A DNA stretch of 29,549 nt. Origin: Gemmatimonadota bacterium. GTDB lineage: Bacteria; Gemmatimonadota; Gemmatimonadetes; Gemmatimonadales; GWC2-71-9. Below, in pieces: positions 1 through 8,271 of this stretch. Position 1 is the first letter of the stretch. Each line of letters starts with the position of its first letter. Position numbers and translations under genes: made by a program. The stretch is from assembly GCA_039591655.1 (NCBI GenBank), contig JBDHDE010000032.1, positions 1-29,549 of the forward strand, given 5' to 3'. A model generated the notes under the pieces. It saw nothing but the letters and a program-made list of their open reading frames with translations, did no database searches and had not been told where the DNA came from.

Positions 1-669
1 GCTCGCCTCGGGGCTGCTCTTCGAGCTCTGCAGCGTGAAGTGAAACTCCAGGCGCCAGCGCTGGGTCACCAGGTGACCCAGGACGAGCGTCGAGCGGGTG
101 CGGTTGGCGAACTGCTCGGCGATCTCGTCCGTATCCGTGAACGCCTCGAAGCTCGCCGCTCCGTAGAACGGCAGCCCGTTGAAGCCCCGGCCGAAGCTGG
201 GGGTATGGACCCGGATGCGGTAGCGCAGGCGCAGGTCGCCGTCGAACGTGGTCGTGGAGTCGTAGGTCCACACGTTGCGCCACTCGAGGCGCAGGTAGTG
301 ATCGAAGCGCCAGCGTCCCAGTTCTGGCCAGACCGCGGTGGCACCGACGAACGGGCGAAGCTCGAATTGATCGGCGTCCTGGAACGTGTAGAAGCCGCCC
401 ACCCCACCGGTGACGGTGAACCAGCTGAACGCGTGCCACGCCGCGTCCGGGCGGGCGTAGATCGTGGTCCAATCCCTGTTGGCAATCGCGCCGCGGATCC
501 CGTAGTCGCCGGTGTACCGCAGGTTATGCGTCATCCAGTAGAGCGATGTGTAGTCAGTCCAGGTCTGAAGCGTGGCGCCGTCGTCCTGCGCAACGCTCGG
601 ACGGGCGACGAGGAGCGTAGTGGCCACCGCTGCAAGCGGAACCAGGCGTACGGCACGGCCCGAGCCCAC
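1..669 (-). CDS. Outer-membrane beta-barrel protein, DUF2490-like (runs off the left edge)
   Basis: Not in the ORF track because no stop lies in the window. GTG at 669 follows GGGGGAGG; open to base 1. Translation VGSGRAVRLVPLAAVATTLLVARPSVAQDDGATLQTWTDY...FELRPFVG...FDHYLRLEWR...RLRYRIRV has a signal peptide and amphipathic strands typical of DUF2490. Confidence 0.75.
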   Translation of the reverse strand, partial: MGSGRAVRLVPLAAVATTLLVARPSVAQDDGATLQTWTDYTSLYWMTHNLRYTGDYGIRGAIANRDWTTIYARPDAAWHAFSWFTVTGGVGGFYTFQDADQFELRPFVGATAVWPELGRWRFDHYLRLEWRNVWTYDSTTTFDGDLRLRYRIRVHTPSFGRGFNGLPFYGAASFEAFTDTDEIAEQFANRTRSTLVLGHLVTQRWRLEFHFTLQSSKSSPEAS

Positions 670-721
670 CAGCCTCCCCCCGCGCGCCCGGCCCCACCGA
701 GGAGTCGCGAGCGATGTGCAC

Positions 722-1660
722 CTACTCCCCGTACACCCGCGCGAGGCTCTCCGCGTTCTCGCGCATCACGCTCAGGTAGTCGCCGCCGTCGGGGGCGTTG
801 CCGCACTGATCGAACACGGCGGGCTCCACGCCCAACTGGCGCAGCTCCGCCGCAGTCTCCTCCAACGGCGCGCCCTCCCACAGCATCCAGCGGGCCGGGT
901 GGTCACCAACCAGCCTGCGGAGGTCGCGCCACATGGTCGCCGTGGGCGGCTCTTCGGGCTCCCATTGCACGCTCTGGAGGTTGAGATCGTAGCGGCGTGC
1001 CAAATACTGGTATACCGGATGGGAGGCCAGAATCGGCCTGGCTCCTCGGTCGCCCACCGCCGCTGCCAGCTCCTCGTCCAGCGCCATGAGGTCGTCGCGC
1101 AGCGCCTCGAATCCTTCCTCGAACGCCGCCCGGTCATCCGGCCAGCTTCCGCTGAACGCGTCCCGGATCGCCTCCGCGTGCCGCACTGCCAGCCCCGGAT
1201 CGAGCCACGTGGTGAACGCCGTGCCCTCGTGGGAGTGGGCGCCCGCAGGCCCGTGGGTGTGCGTAACCGCCTCGTCCATGCGGATGTGGCGGTCCTGGAA
1301 CGCCGCCGAGGTGTTCACCAGGCGCGACTCGGGCAGGGTGAAGCGCGAGAGCCACTTGGCGTAGCCGGCGCCGTTCAGCAGGATCAGATCCGCTGCCTGG
1401 TACTCGGACACGACCTCGGCATCGGGCGTCCAGAACGCTGGATCCACGTCTGCCGGAGCCGGGAACTCCACCCGCACCAGATCCCCCGCGATGCGCTGGG
1501 CGAAGTACTGCAGCGGGTAGTTCACCGTGTAGACCACCCGCTCAGCATCGTCCGCCTGCGCTTCGGCCGCCTGCCGCGGCTCGCCGCTGAAGCAGGCGGT
1601 GAGCGCCAGCAGCGCCCCGGTGGCGAGCCGCATGACCGATTCCACCCGAGACTGTCCCAT
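722..1660 (-). CDS. ABC solute-binding lipoprotein, ZnuA/TroA (cluster A-I) fold, atypical ligands
   Basis: Lipobox LTAC; motifs TVNYPLQYFAQRIAG, ADLILLNGAGY, WLDP, SHPVYQYLARRY, DYLSVMREN; His loop THTHGPAGAHSH. GGAGG precedes ATG 1660 (1663 also possible). Confidence 0.85.
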   Translation of the reverse strand: MGQSRVESVMRLATGALLALTACFSGEPRQAAEAQADDAERVVYTVNYPLQYFAQRIAGDLVRVEFPAPADVDPAFWTPDAEVVSEYQAADLILLNGAGYAKWLSRFTLPESRLVNTSAAFQDRHIRMDEAVTHTHGPAGAHSHEGTAFTTWLDPGLAVRHAEAIRDAFSGSWPDDRAAFEEGFEALRDDLMALDEELAAAVGDRGARPILASHPVYQYLARRYDLNLQSVQWEPEEPPTATMWRDLRRLVGDHPARWMLWEGAPLEETAAELRQLGVEPAVFDQCGNAPDGGDYLSVMRENAESLARVYGE

Positions 1661-1739
1661 CATCACCCTCCTGCCCCTTTCGATCACCCAGGCCGCGCCG
1701 CACTCACCGGCGACCGCAGCCGTGCATAAACTAGTCTAC

Positions 1740-2918
1740 TCAAAAGATCAATGCCCGGATCGCCGCCGATCCGAATCGGCTCGTGAGCCCGGTGAGTGCC
1801 GCGGCAAACACCACACCGGTCGCCAGCACCACGACGATCTCCGAGGTCATCACCCACGCGATGCTCGCACGAGATCCTCCGATCTTCCGCATGGTGTCGA
1901 TCTCGCGGCGCCTGAGGCGGAGCGACAGCAGGAACACCAGGATCGCCGTGGCCAGCGTGGAGAGGCCTACGACTACCACGGCGGCGATCACGAAGGTCTG
2001 GACCGTCAGCACCGTGTCCAACAGCTCGTCCATCACCGACACCGGCTCCACGATCTGCGCCAGGTCGTCGGGCGACTCGTAGCGACCCCGCAGGATTGTC
2101 TCGGAGCGCCGGTCGGGAGGCACAACCACGATTGCCGTGATCGGATACCCGCTCGAGCCACCGTGGAAGTGGAACGAGTCGATGTTGTCCGGCGTGATCT
2201 CCTGGTACTGCACCACCGAGGCATTCGCCGTGATGTTGCTGGAGTCGCGCCGCAGCACACCGGTCACGGCCTCCGGCTGCGAGAGATCCACGTGCCCGTG
2301 CACCAGCCCCTCGATGACCCAGGCCGTCTTGAGGTCCACGAAGATCGCGCCGTCGTCGGGTCCGTCGGAGAACGCCAGCACCCCGGCCACCCGCATCTTG
2401 AGGGGGTAGACGCCCGCGATGTCGAACGCGCTCTCGGGCGACGAGATGATCGTCTCGCCGGGGCCGACGCCGAGCGTTTCAGCCACCCTGCTGCCGATCA
2501 CGCAGTCTCCCAGCATGGTCAGGTTGGTGCCCAGCGCCACCTGGAGGTTGCGGAACTCAAAGTACTCCAGCGTGGTCCCGACGATCGGGTTGCCCCGCGC
2601 CCTGAACCTCACGTACAGAGGAATCGGCAGCGCCAGCCCCGTGGTGTCGATCCGAGTCACCTGTGCATGGCGCATCAGCTCGGGTACGTCCGCCTCGAAG
2701 TACAGGCTGTTGAGCACCAACTCGAGGGGGCTCCCCTTGGCACCCACGATGAGCGGTGTCGCCTCGGCCCGGGCGGTGAGCTGGTGCTCGCTCTGGCGCA
2801 CCAGCACACGGAGCCCCACCGGCAGGAACACGATCAGGGTAATGGACGTGACCAGGATCGCCGTCTTGATCCGGTGGTAGGCGAGGTAGCGCCAGGCGAG
2901 GAAGAGGCTGTCCCTCAC
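1740..2918 (-). CDS. ABC transporter permease, MacB/FtsX (type VII) family
   Basis: N-terminal TM after LAWRYLAYHRIKT, large periplasmic domain (LIVGAKGSPLELVLNSLY), C-terminal RRREIDTMRKIGGSR flanked by TMs. GTG 2918 overlaps the upstream TGA (GTGA). Confidence 0.88.
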   Translation of the reverse strand: MRDSLFLAWRYLAYHRIKTAILVTSITLIVFLPVGLRVLVRQSEHQLTARAEATPLIVGAKGSPLELVLNSLYFEADVPELMRHAQVTRIDTTGLALPIPLYVRFRARGNPIVGTTLEYFEFRNLQVALGTNLTMLGDCVIGSRVAETLGVGPGETIISSPESAFDIAGVYPLKMRVAGVLAFSDGPDDGAIFVDLKTAWVIEGLVHGHVDLSQPEAVTGVLRRDSSNITANASVVQYQEITPDNIDSFHFHGGSSGYPITAIVVVPPDRRSETILRGRYESPDDLAQIVEPVSVMDELLDTVLTVQTFVIAAVVVVGLSTLATAILVFLLSLRLRRREIDTMRKIGGSRASIAWVMTSEIVVVLATGVVFAAALTGLTSRFGSAAIRALIF

Positions 2919-3622
2919 GGCCCCGCCCCCACGCGATAGCGCGACAGCGACTCCCGCACTCCAGACCCGTCGTGGAAGTCCCGGAAGTCGATCACCCGCT
3001 GGAACCGGCCGATCAGATCGTGGTCGTGGGTGACCGTGACGAGGGTCGCTCCGGTGCGCGCGGCGTAGTCGAACAGGATATCCAGCACCCGACCCTTGTT
3101 CCGGGGATCCAGATTCCCTGTGGGCTCGTCGGCCAGCAGCAGGCCCGGCTCGGGCAGCAACGCCCGGCACACCGCCACCCTCTGCTTCTCCCCCTGGGAG
3201 AGCTTGGTCGAGTAGCGGCCCAGCTTGTCGGCGATGTCCACCTCCAGCGCCAAGTCCGCCGCCCTGGCCCGCACCGCGGCGTCCAGCCGCATCGCCGGGT
3301 TGATACGGTACGGCAGCAGGATGTTGTCCAGCACGCTCAGGTACTCGAGCAGCTCGAACTCCTGGAACACCAGGCCGATGTGGCGGATGCGATAGCTGCG
3401 CCGCTCCGCGTCCGACAGGCTCGTCAGCTCGACGTCACCGGCGGTGATGCGGCCGGCCCGCGGCAGCGCAATCCCCGCGATGAGATTGAGCAGGGTGGTC
3501 TTGCCCGACCCGCTCGGCCCCACGAATGCCACAGTGGAGCCACTCTCGATTGCCAGCTCCGGGATCCGCAGGTAGAAGTCCCCTTCCGCATAGCGGAATT
3601 CGAGTTCGCGGACCGAAATCAC
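2915..3622 (-). CDS. ABC transporter ATP-binding protein, LolD/MacB-like
   Basis: Walker A GPSGSGKTT, Q-loop VFQEF, signature LSQGEKQR, Walker B LLLADEPTGNLD, H-loop VTHD. GTG 3622 overlaps the upstream TGA. Confidence 0.95.
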   Translation of the reverse strand: MISVRELEFRYAEGDFYLRIPELAIESGSTVAFVGPSGSGKTTLLNLIAGIALPRAGRITAGDVELTSLSDAERRSYRIRHIGLVFQEFELLEYLSVLDNILLPYRINPAMRLDAAVRARAADLALEVDIADKLGRYSTKLSQGEKQRVAVCRALLPEPGLLLADEPTGNLDPRNKGRVLDILFDYAARTGATLVTVTHDHDLIGRFQRVIDFRDFHDGSGVRESLSRYRVGAGP

Positions 3623-5361
3623 AGCCGTTGCTCCTCGAGCAGCTCCATGTCCGAGATCTTCCAGGCGCCGTCCACGGCGCGCACCACGAAACGCGCCTCG
3701 TACTGGTTGGTGCGCCGGTGAATGTGGCCCCAGTGCCCCACCGAGCCCATCACGTTCCACACGATCCGGGACTCGAAGCCGGCCCCCCCGTCCACCGACC
3801 GGAAGTCGCCCTCGAGGATCTCGACCTCCTTCACCTTGGCGCGGGCGCCGCCCTGGTTCGCCAGCTCCAGGCTGCGGCGCGTCTCAAGGTAGATGTCGGT
3901 CAGGAGGGCACCGGTCACACTGCGCTCCAGCACGTCGTAGATCTGGCCCTCCTCCCGATAGTCGAAGGCCAGGTACACGTTGCGCAGCAGGCCGTCCATG
4001 ACCTGCTCCCCCTGGCCGGCGGCCACGGTGAGCCCCAGGGCCCGTGGCAGCCCGATGAGGAGCAGCACCACGCACGCGGCGGCCGCTGCCCAGGCGCGCG
4101 TGGTGGGCCACTGCCTCCGGAGCACCGCCCTCCCGTGCCGGACCGCCAGGACCACCAGTCCAACGAGCCCGACGAGCGCGCCCGCCATGAACGCCACCCG
4201 GAACCGTGGCGGCGACGCAACCTCCACCAGGGTGGGCAGCGTGGGATTGGTCAGGAAATTGTGCCAGCGCAGCACCTCGTCACCCGGGCTCAGGATGTAG
4301 GGCAGCGAGCCCGCCTCATCGGTGGCCGAGGAGGGCACCATGGGAATGCGCTGGCTGAACAGCTCCCATGTCATGGCCACCGAGTCGGGCAGTCCGTCCA
4401 CCGGATAGGTGAAGATGACGCCCAGCGTGGCCGTGATGATATCCAAGTCCTGCGGCGGGTCGATCACGCCGCTGGTGCGCAGGTTGCGGTAGATGAAGTG
4501 CACCCGATCCACGTAGCCCTCGACAGGCTGCCCGTCGATTGCTACCGGGTTGCGGTCGCGCAGGAACTCCACCACCTGCCGCTTGAGCGCTTCCTGCTCC
4601 TCCACCCGGATCGTGTCCTTGCCGGCGAGACCCAGGTCCACCCACTGCTGCAGGTCCTTCGGTCTCAGCACGACCTCCTTGCGCACCTCGTACGGCTCGA
4701 CGTAGAGGAACGCCGAGATGGGTGCGAAGAACTGGCGCCTGAGGTTGCGGTTCTCGAACTGCGAGAACCACGGATCCTCCCAGTCGAGATTGAGCGTCTC
4801 CTCAACCCCGAGGTAGCGGAAGTCGTTGATGGGGAGCGTGTGGTGATAGGTGACGAATCCAACGTTCGCCGTCGTGGCGCCCCGGCCGCTGCCAGGTGGC
4901 GAGAACGACAGCCGGGCGGGACGGCCTCCCGTGGGGTACACGACCCGCGCGAACACCACGGGCTCCCCTTCGCCCGGCTCGACGGGGAGCGGCTCGCCCG
5001 TCACCTCGTCGCGCTCGATGCGGGCGCGCGGCTCGATCGAGCGCAGGTACCCGAAGAGTGCGCGACCCCGCTCGTCCCGCACCACGAAGTCCTCGCCCAC
5101 GAAGCGCTGTAGCCGGTCGATCCACGGCTCCGGCTCGTAGCCCAGGCGCTCGTAGAGCTGGTCCGGCAACAGGTTACGGAACGCCTCCAGGTCCTGCGCG
5201 CCGACCTCCAGCTCGACAACCACCGAGTCCTCCTCGATGAAGATCTCGGCGATGGTGGACGCCAGCATGGCCCGGGTGATAACCAGTGCGTCAGACAGGA
5301 CCGTGGTGGCGCCTAGGAGCCCGACAAGGGCGAGAACAAGGGATCGGCGCAGGGATCTCAC
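3619..5361 (-). CDS. Uncharacterised exported/membrane protein (signal peptide, large soluble region, 2 TMs, C-terminal soluble domain)
   Basis: 580-aa ORF with strong coding-type codon usage, translationally coupled to the ABC ATPase; hydrophobic segments at the N-terminus and two in the C-terminal third. Confidence 0.85.
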   Translation of the reverse strand: MRSLRRSLVLALVGLLGATTVLSDALVITRAMLASTIAEIFIEEDSVVVELEVGAQDLEAFRNLLPDQLYERLGYEPEPWIDRLQRFVGEDFVVRDERGRALFGYLRSIEPRARIERDEVTGEPLPVEPGEGEPVVFARVVYPTGGRPARLSFSPPGSGRGATTANVGFVTYHHTLPINDFRYLGVEETLNLDWEDPWFSQFENRNLRRQFFAPISAFLYVEPYEVRKEVVLRPKDLQQWVDLGLAGKDTIRVEEQEALKRQVVEFLRDRNPVAIDGQPVEGYVDRVHFIYRNLRTSGVIDPPQDLDIITATLGVIFTYPVDGLPDSVAMTWELFSQRIPMVPSSATDEAGSLPYILSPGDEVLRWHNFLTNPTLPTLVEVASPPRFRVAFMAGALVGLVGLVVLAVRHGRAVLRRQWPTTRAWAAAAACVVLLLIGLPRALGLTVAAGQGEQVMDGLLRNVYLAFDYREEGQIYDVLERSVTGALLTDIYLETRRSLELANQGGARAKVKEVEILEGDFRSVDGGAGFESRIVWNVMGSVGHWGHIHRRTNQYEARFVVRAVDGAWKISDMELLEEQRL

Positions 5362-5404
5362 AGGTCTGAGAGTAGTCGGGGCGACACGAGATCGCCAAGG
5401 GCTC

Positions 5405-5433
5405 GAAAGGCCAGCCTCTCTGGCTGGCCTTTC
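5405..5433 (-). terminator. Intrinsic terminator-like hairpin
   Basis: Perfect 12-bp inverted repeat GAAAGGCCAGCC-N5-GGCTGGCCTTTC between the hydrolase and the ABC genes; only a short T run on either strand. Confidence 0.65.
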
Positions 5434-5525
5434 TTAATGAGCGGAGTCATGGGGTCCCAGCCGCGTCAGGGATCAGTTCTTCGGCGCTAACGGCACCCCG
5501 CATCAGGCTCCGGCCCTGCCGGCGC

Positions 5526-6803
5526 CTACTGGTTCGGCGCCAGGTCCGTCCCCCACAGGCGGTTGGCCCGCTCGTACAGGGCGTTGATGATGTCGCTCAC
5601 ATCCAGGTTACCCGCCTTGACCTGCTCGGACACGAACACCGCCTCGCTCACGTCCACCGGCGGGGCCCTCACGGCCGGCGGCGGCGGCCAGACCGCCTCC
5701 TCGAACACGATCTCCCGTACGAGGATGGTGTCTTTCGTGACATTCCACACCATCATGTCGTCGGCCAGGGAGAGCGGGCCATCGTACGTCGATCGAACAC
5801 CCTCCATGATCTTGGGCGCGGTGTCGAAGTCATTGAAGAAATGGTACGCGACGGCTAGCCGCGGCTCCACCAAGCTCATGACCTTCCCGAATGCAGGGGG
5901 CGGTGTGTGAATCTGTGTGCCCACCTCCAGCGCCCGAGAAACGGGGAAGTTCATCTTGTCCACGAGATCCGGGATCGCGATGAAGCATTCGTGGACGGCG
6001 ACATCCGCGCCCTGCGCGTACTCCACGAACCACCGGTTCGGGTAGGTGTCGCCGCTGAACACGAACTTGAGATCGTTCCACTCGAGACTGTAGCTGACCG
6101 AGCCGTCGATCGCGTGGTTCGCGGGCCAGGAGCGGATTGTCACGCCGTTCTCCTGGTACACGACGTGGTTGTCGCCCATGTAGTCGAACTCGTGCACCTC
6201 GAGTACCTGGCCCGACGATGGCAGCCGGCCCTTCCGGCCCTCAATGTCCCAAGCGAGCATCTTCTTGAGCCCCTCGACGGCCGCAGCCGTGCCGAGCTCG
6301 GGTCGCGAGCCGCTGGGCCCCCACACGTGCAGTGAGCCGACCCGTCCTGAGATCAGCCCTCCCACGTACAGTGCGTCCAGGTCGCCGAAGTGATCGGCGT
6401 GGAGGTGGCTGATGAACACCTTGTTCAAGAACTCGTAGGGGATCAGCAGCGCCGAGAGATTGTCCGATGAGCCCGTCCCGATGTCGAACAGGAACTTGTC
6501 GCCGTTGCCGAGCTCCACGAGCCAACAGGTCGCCTTCTGCGCCGGCCGCTGGTTGGGCATTCCCGTGCCGCAAGAGATGATGCGCATCTCGTCCGGTGCC
6601 AGGTCCTCGGTGTTGGGGTAGTAAGTCATACGATCAGCCCGGGCCATCACCGGGCTCACGGCGGCGCCCTGGGCCAGCGCGCGCGTCGCAAGCCGCATCT
6701 CCCGGCCCGCGTCACGGTCGACGTAACCCTGCAGGTATCCGAACGCTGCGACCACGGCTACGACGGCGAGCGCCGCCAACACCTTCATAGTGCGTACCAC
6801 CAT
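5526..6803 (-). CDS. Exported MBL-fold metallo-hydrolase, RNase Z/arylsulfatase-like (GntH-like family)
   Basis: CGTGMP, FDIGTG, HLHADH, NHAIDG, FSGDT, VHE and YHF motifs; N-terminal hydrophobic segment; GGGAGG precedes ATG 6803. Confidence 0.88.
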   Translation of the reverse strand: MVVRTMKVLAALAVVAVVAAFGYLQGYVDRDAGREMRLATRALAQGAAVSPVMARADRMTYYPNTEDLAPDEMRIISCGTGMPNQRPAQKATCWLVELGNGDKFLFDIGTGSSDNLSALLIPYEFLNKVFISHLHADHFGDLDALYVGGLISGRVGSLHVWGPSGSRPELGTAAAVEGLKKMLAWDIEGRKGRLPSSGQVLEVHEFDYMGDNHVVYQENGVTIRSWPANHAIDGSVSYSLEWNDLKFVFSGDTYPNRWFVEYAQGADVAVHECFIAIPDLVDKMNFPVSRALEVGTQIHTPPPAFGKVMSLVEPRLAVAYHFFNDFDTAPKIMEGVRSTYDGPLSLADDMMVWNVTKDTILVREIVFEEAVWPPPPAVRAPPVDVSEAVFVSEQVKAGNLDVSDIINALYERANRLWGTDLAPNQ

Positions 6804-6854
6804 GCTACCTCCCACTCGCGAGTGTATGAACACGCATCTGGCGTAATCCTCTGA

Positions 6855-6881
6855 TTGTCATTGCACTGGCATCGCACTGGC
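6855..6881. promoter_or_regulatory. Direct repeats with 11-bp period upstream of the hydrolase
   Basis: TTGTCAT-tgca-CTGGCAT-cgca-CTGGC; GCACTGGC at 6863 and 6874. Confidence 0.3.
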
Positions 6882-6909
6882 GGCAATACTGAAACCGCGC
6901 CTCTCGCGC

Positions 6910-7446
6910 CTAGAATCTCCGCCCCACGGAGATCCCCAGCGCCCAAGAGTCGTACTCGTCCTTGAAGTCATAGCCGAACGCGACCCCAGTCAGCCAGCCG
7001 TTCGCGACGGCAAAGGCGTACTCCAGCCCCACCTTGAGCACGAAGAAGTTCTCGTGCTTCTCGAGCTCCACCCCGGGGCCCGCGTACAGCTCCAATCCAC
7101 GTACCGCCTCGTAGATCCCGACGACGGCACCGACGTACGCGTGCTCTCGCGGGATCGTGGTGTCGGCGCTCGTCTCCACCACATAGTTGGTGAGCTCGAA
7201 GTCGTTGTATAGACCGATTCCCACCTTGTGGCTGATCCAGAAGCTGTAATCGATCCCGATCGTCGGGACGATCACCGTGCCCTCGGGATTTCCCTCGTGG
7301 GGATCTCCCTTCGGCACCCAGGTGTAGCCGGTGAACAGAGAGAGCTGGTGGCGCTTGAGCGGCTCCCGCTCTTCGTGGTCCTGTGCAGCGAGTGGGCCGG
7401 CAATGATCGCCACCATCACGAGCGTCGTTGCAAGTTTCGCCGTCAT
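6910..7446 (-). CDS. Small outer-membrane beta-barrel protein
   Basis: Signal peptide ending PLAA-Q, alternating beta strands, terminal ISVGRRF; ATG 7446 overlaps the upstream TGA (ATGA). Confidence 0.8.
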   Translation of the reverse strand: MTAKLATTLVMVAIIAGPLAAQDHEEREPLKRHQLSLFTGYTWVPKGDPHEGNPEGTVIVPTIGIDYSFWISHKVGIGLYNDFELTNYVVETSADTTIPREHAYVGAVVGIYEAVRGLELYAGPGVELEKHENFFVLKVGLEYAFAVANGWLTGVAFGYDFKDEYDSWALGISVGRRF

Positions 7447-8225
7447 ACCATCACCCCACGCCCGGCGCAAGCCGGATCGTCGAACAGCCCATTCGCCGCG
7501 AAGCGCTCGATCCACCCACTGGGGGGTGTGGCCGAGTGGTGCCAGCTGGGCCCCGGACCGGATCCCGGGCCGGACCTACGCCGCTGCGTCCTGTAGACGT
7601 TATCCGCCTTGCGGGCCCGAGTGTGACTCCTCCGCGCGCTGCCCCGCGCCTGCCGGTAGCGCGCAGTGCGCGATCTATAGGTGGCCCGCACCACCGGTGG
7701 AAAGGGCCGCCACCACGGAGGCCTCCGGCGCCAGCCCCACGGCGAGCGGTACACGACGCGACGGGGCCGGAAGATGACGCCGAGGAGCGCGAAGCTGGTG
7801 ACCACGATGACCGTCGTCGGGGCGATGACGTAGCCCTCCCCATAGAGCTCCTCGTCACCCTGCACCTCGGCCACAATCTCCTCTCCTTCGACCTTCTCCA
7901 CCATCACCCGGGCCACGTCCTGGTACGTGTCTTCGCCGAGCGCGGCCTGCAGCACGAACACGTTTGCGTCGCCCTCGGTGTACTCCATGACCCGGATGAA
8001 GTCGACCTCACCGTCTTCGTTGAGATCGAGGTTGTTCACCCCCACGTCGGGATCGTTGAGCTTCTGCTCGAACTCCTCGATGCTCTCGGACTCCTTGAAG
8101 AGCTCGATGACAGCATGGAGATCGAGGTCCTCACCCGGACCGGCAGCGGCGGTAACCTCCTGTCCCGCCGCCGGCCAGGGGAGGAGCACCAGGAGTCCTG
8201 CGACCAGCACGACTCGAGATCTCAT
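7443..8225 (-). CDS. Exported protein with EF-hand-like loop, hydrophobic segment and Arg-rich tail
   Basis: GGGAGGA precedes ATG 8225; signal peptide; NNLDLNEDGEVDFIRV; acidic N-half and basic C-half. Confidence 0.75.
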   Translation of the reverse strand: MRSRVVLVAGLLVLLPWPAAGQEVTAAAGPGEDLDLHAVIELFKESESIEEFEQKLNDPDVGVNNLDLNEDGEVDFIRVMEYTEGDANVFVLQAALGEDTYQDVARVMVEKVEGEEIVAEVQGDEELYGEGYVIAPTTVIVVTSFALLGVIFRPRRVVYRSPWGWRRRPPWWRPFPPVVRATYRSRTARYRQARGSARRSHTRARKADNVYRTQRRRSGPGSGPGPSWHHSATPPSGWIERFAANGLFDDPACAGRGVMV

Positions 8226-8271
8226 GTGTCCTCCCGCTTCATGTTGACCTCCTGCTCCGGGGCCGGCGACG

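Noticed and set aside
40..5112. Long plus-strand ORFs (40..984, 572..1729, 1599..2939, 3526..5112)
   Set aside because: Antisense shadows of well-supported minus-strand genes in high-GC DNA; no recognisable motifs.
5430..5512. Partial resemblance to twister or HDV-like ribozymes and to TPP or fluoride riboswitches
   Set aside because: Each lacks essential elements (twister GA and P1, HDV P3/L3, TPP CUGAGA, fluoride P1); kept only as an unclassified structure.
5526..6803. Guanitoxin biosynthesis or true RNase Z function
   Set aside because: No other gnt-like genes are present, and an export signal argues against tRNA processing.
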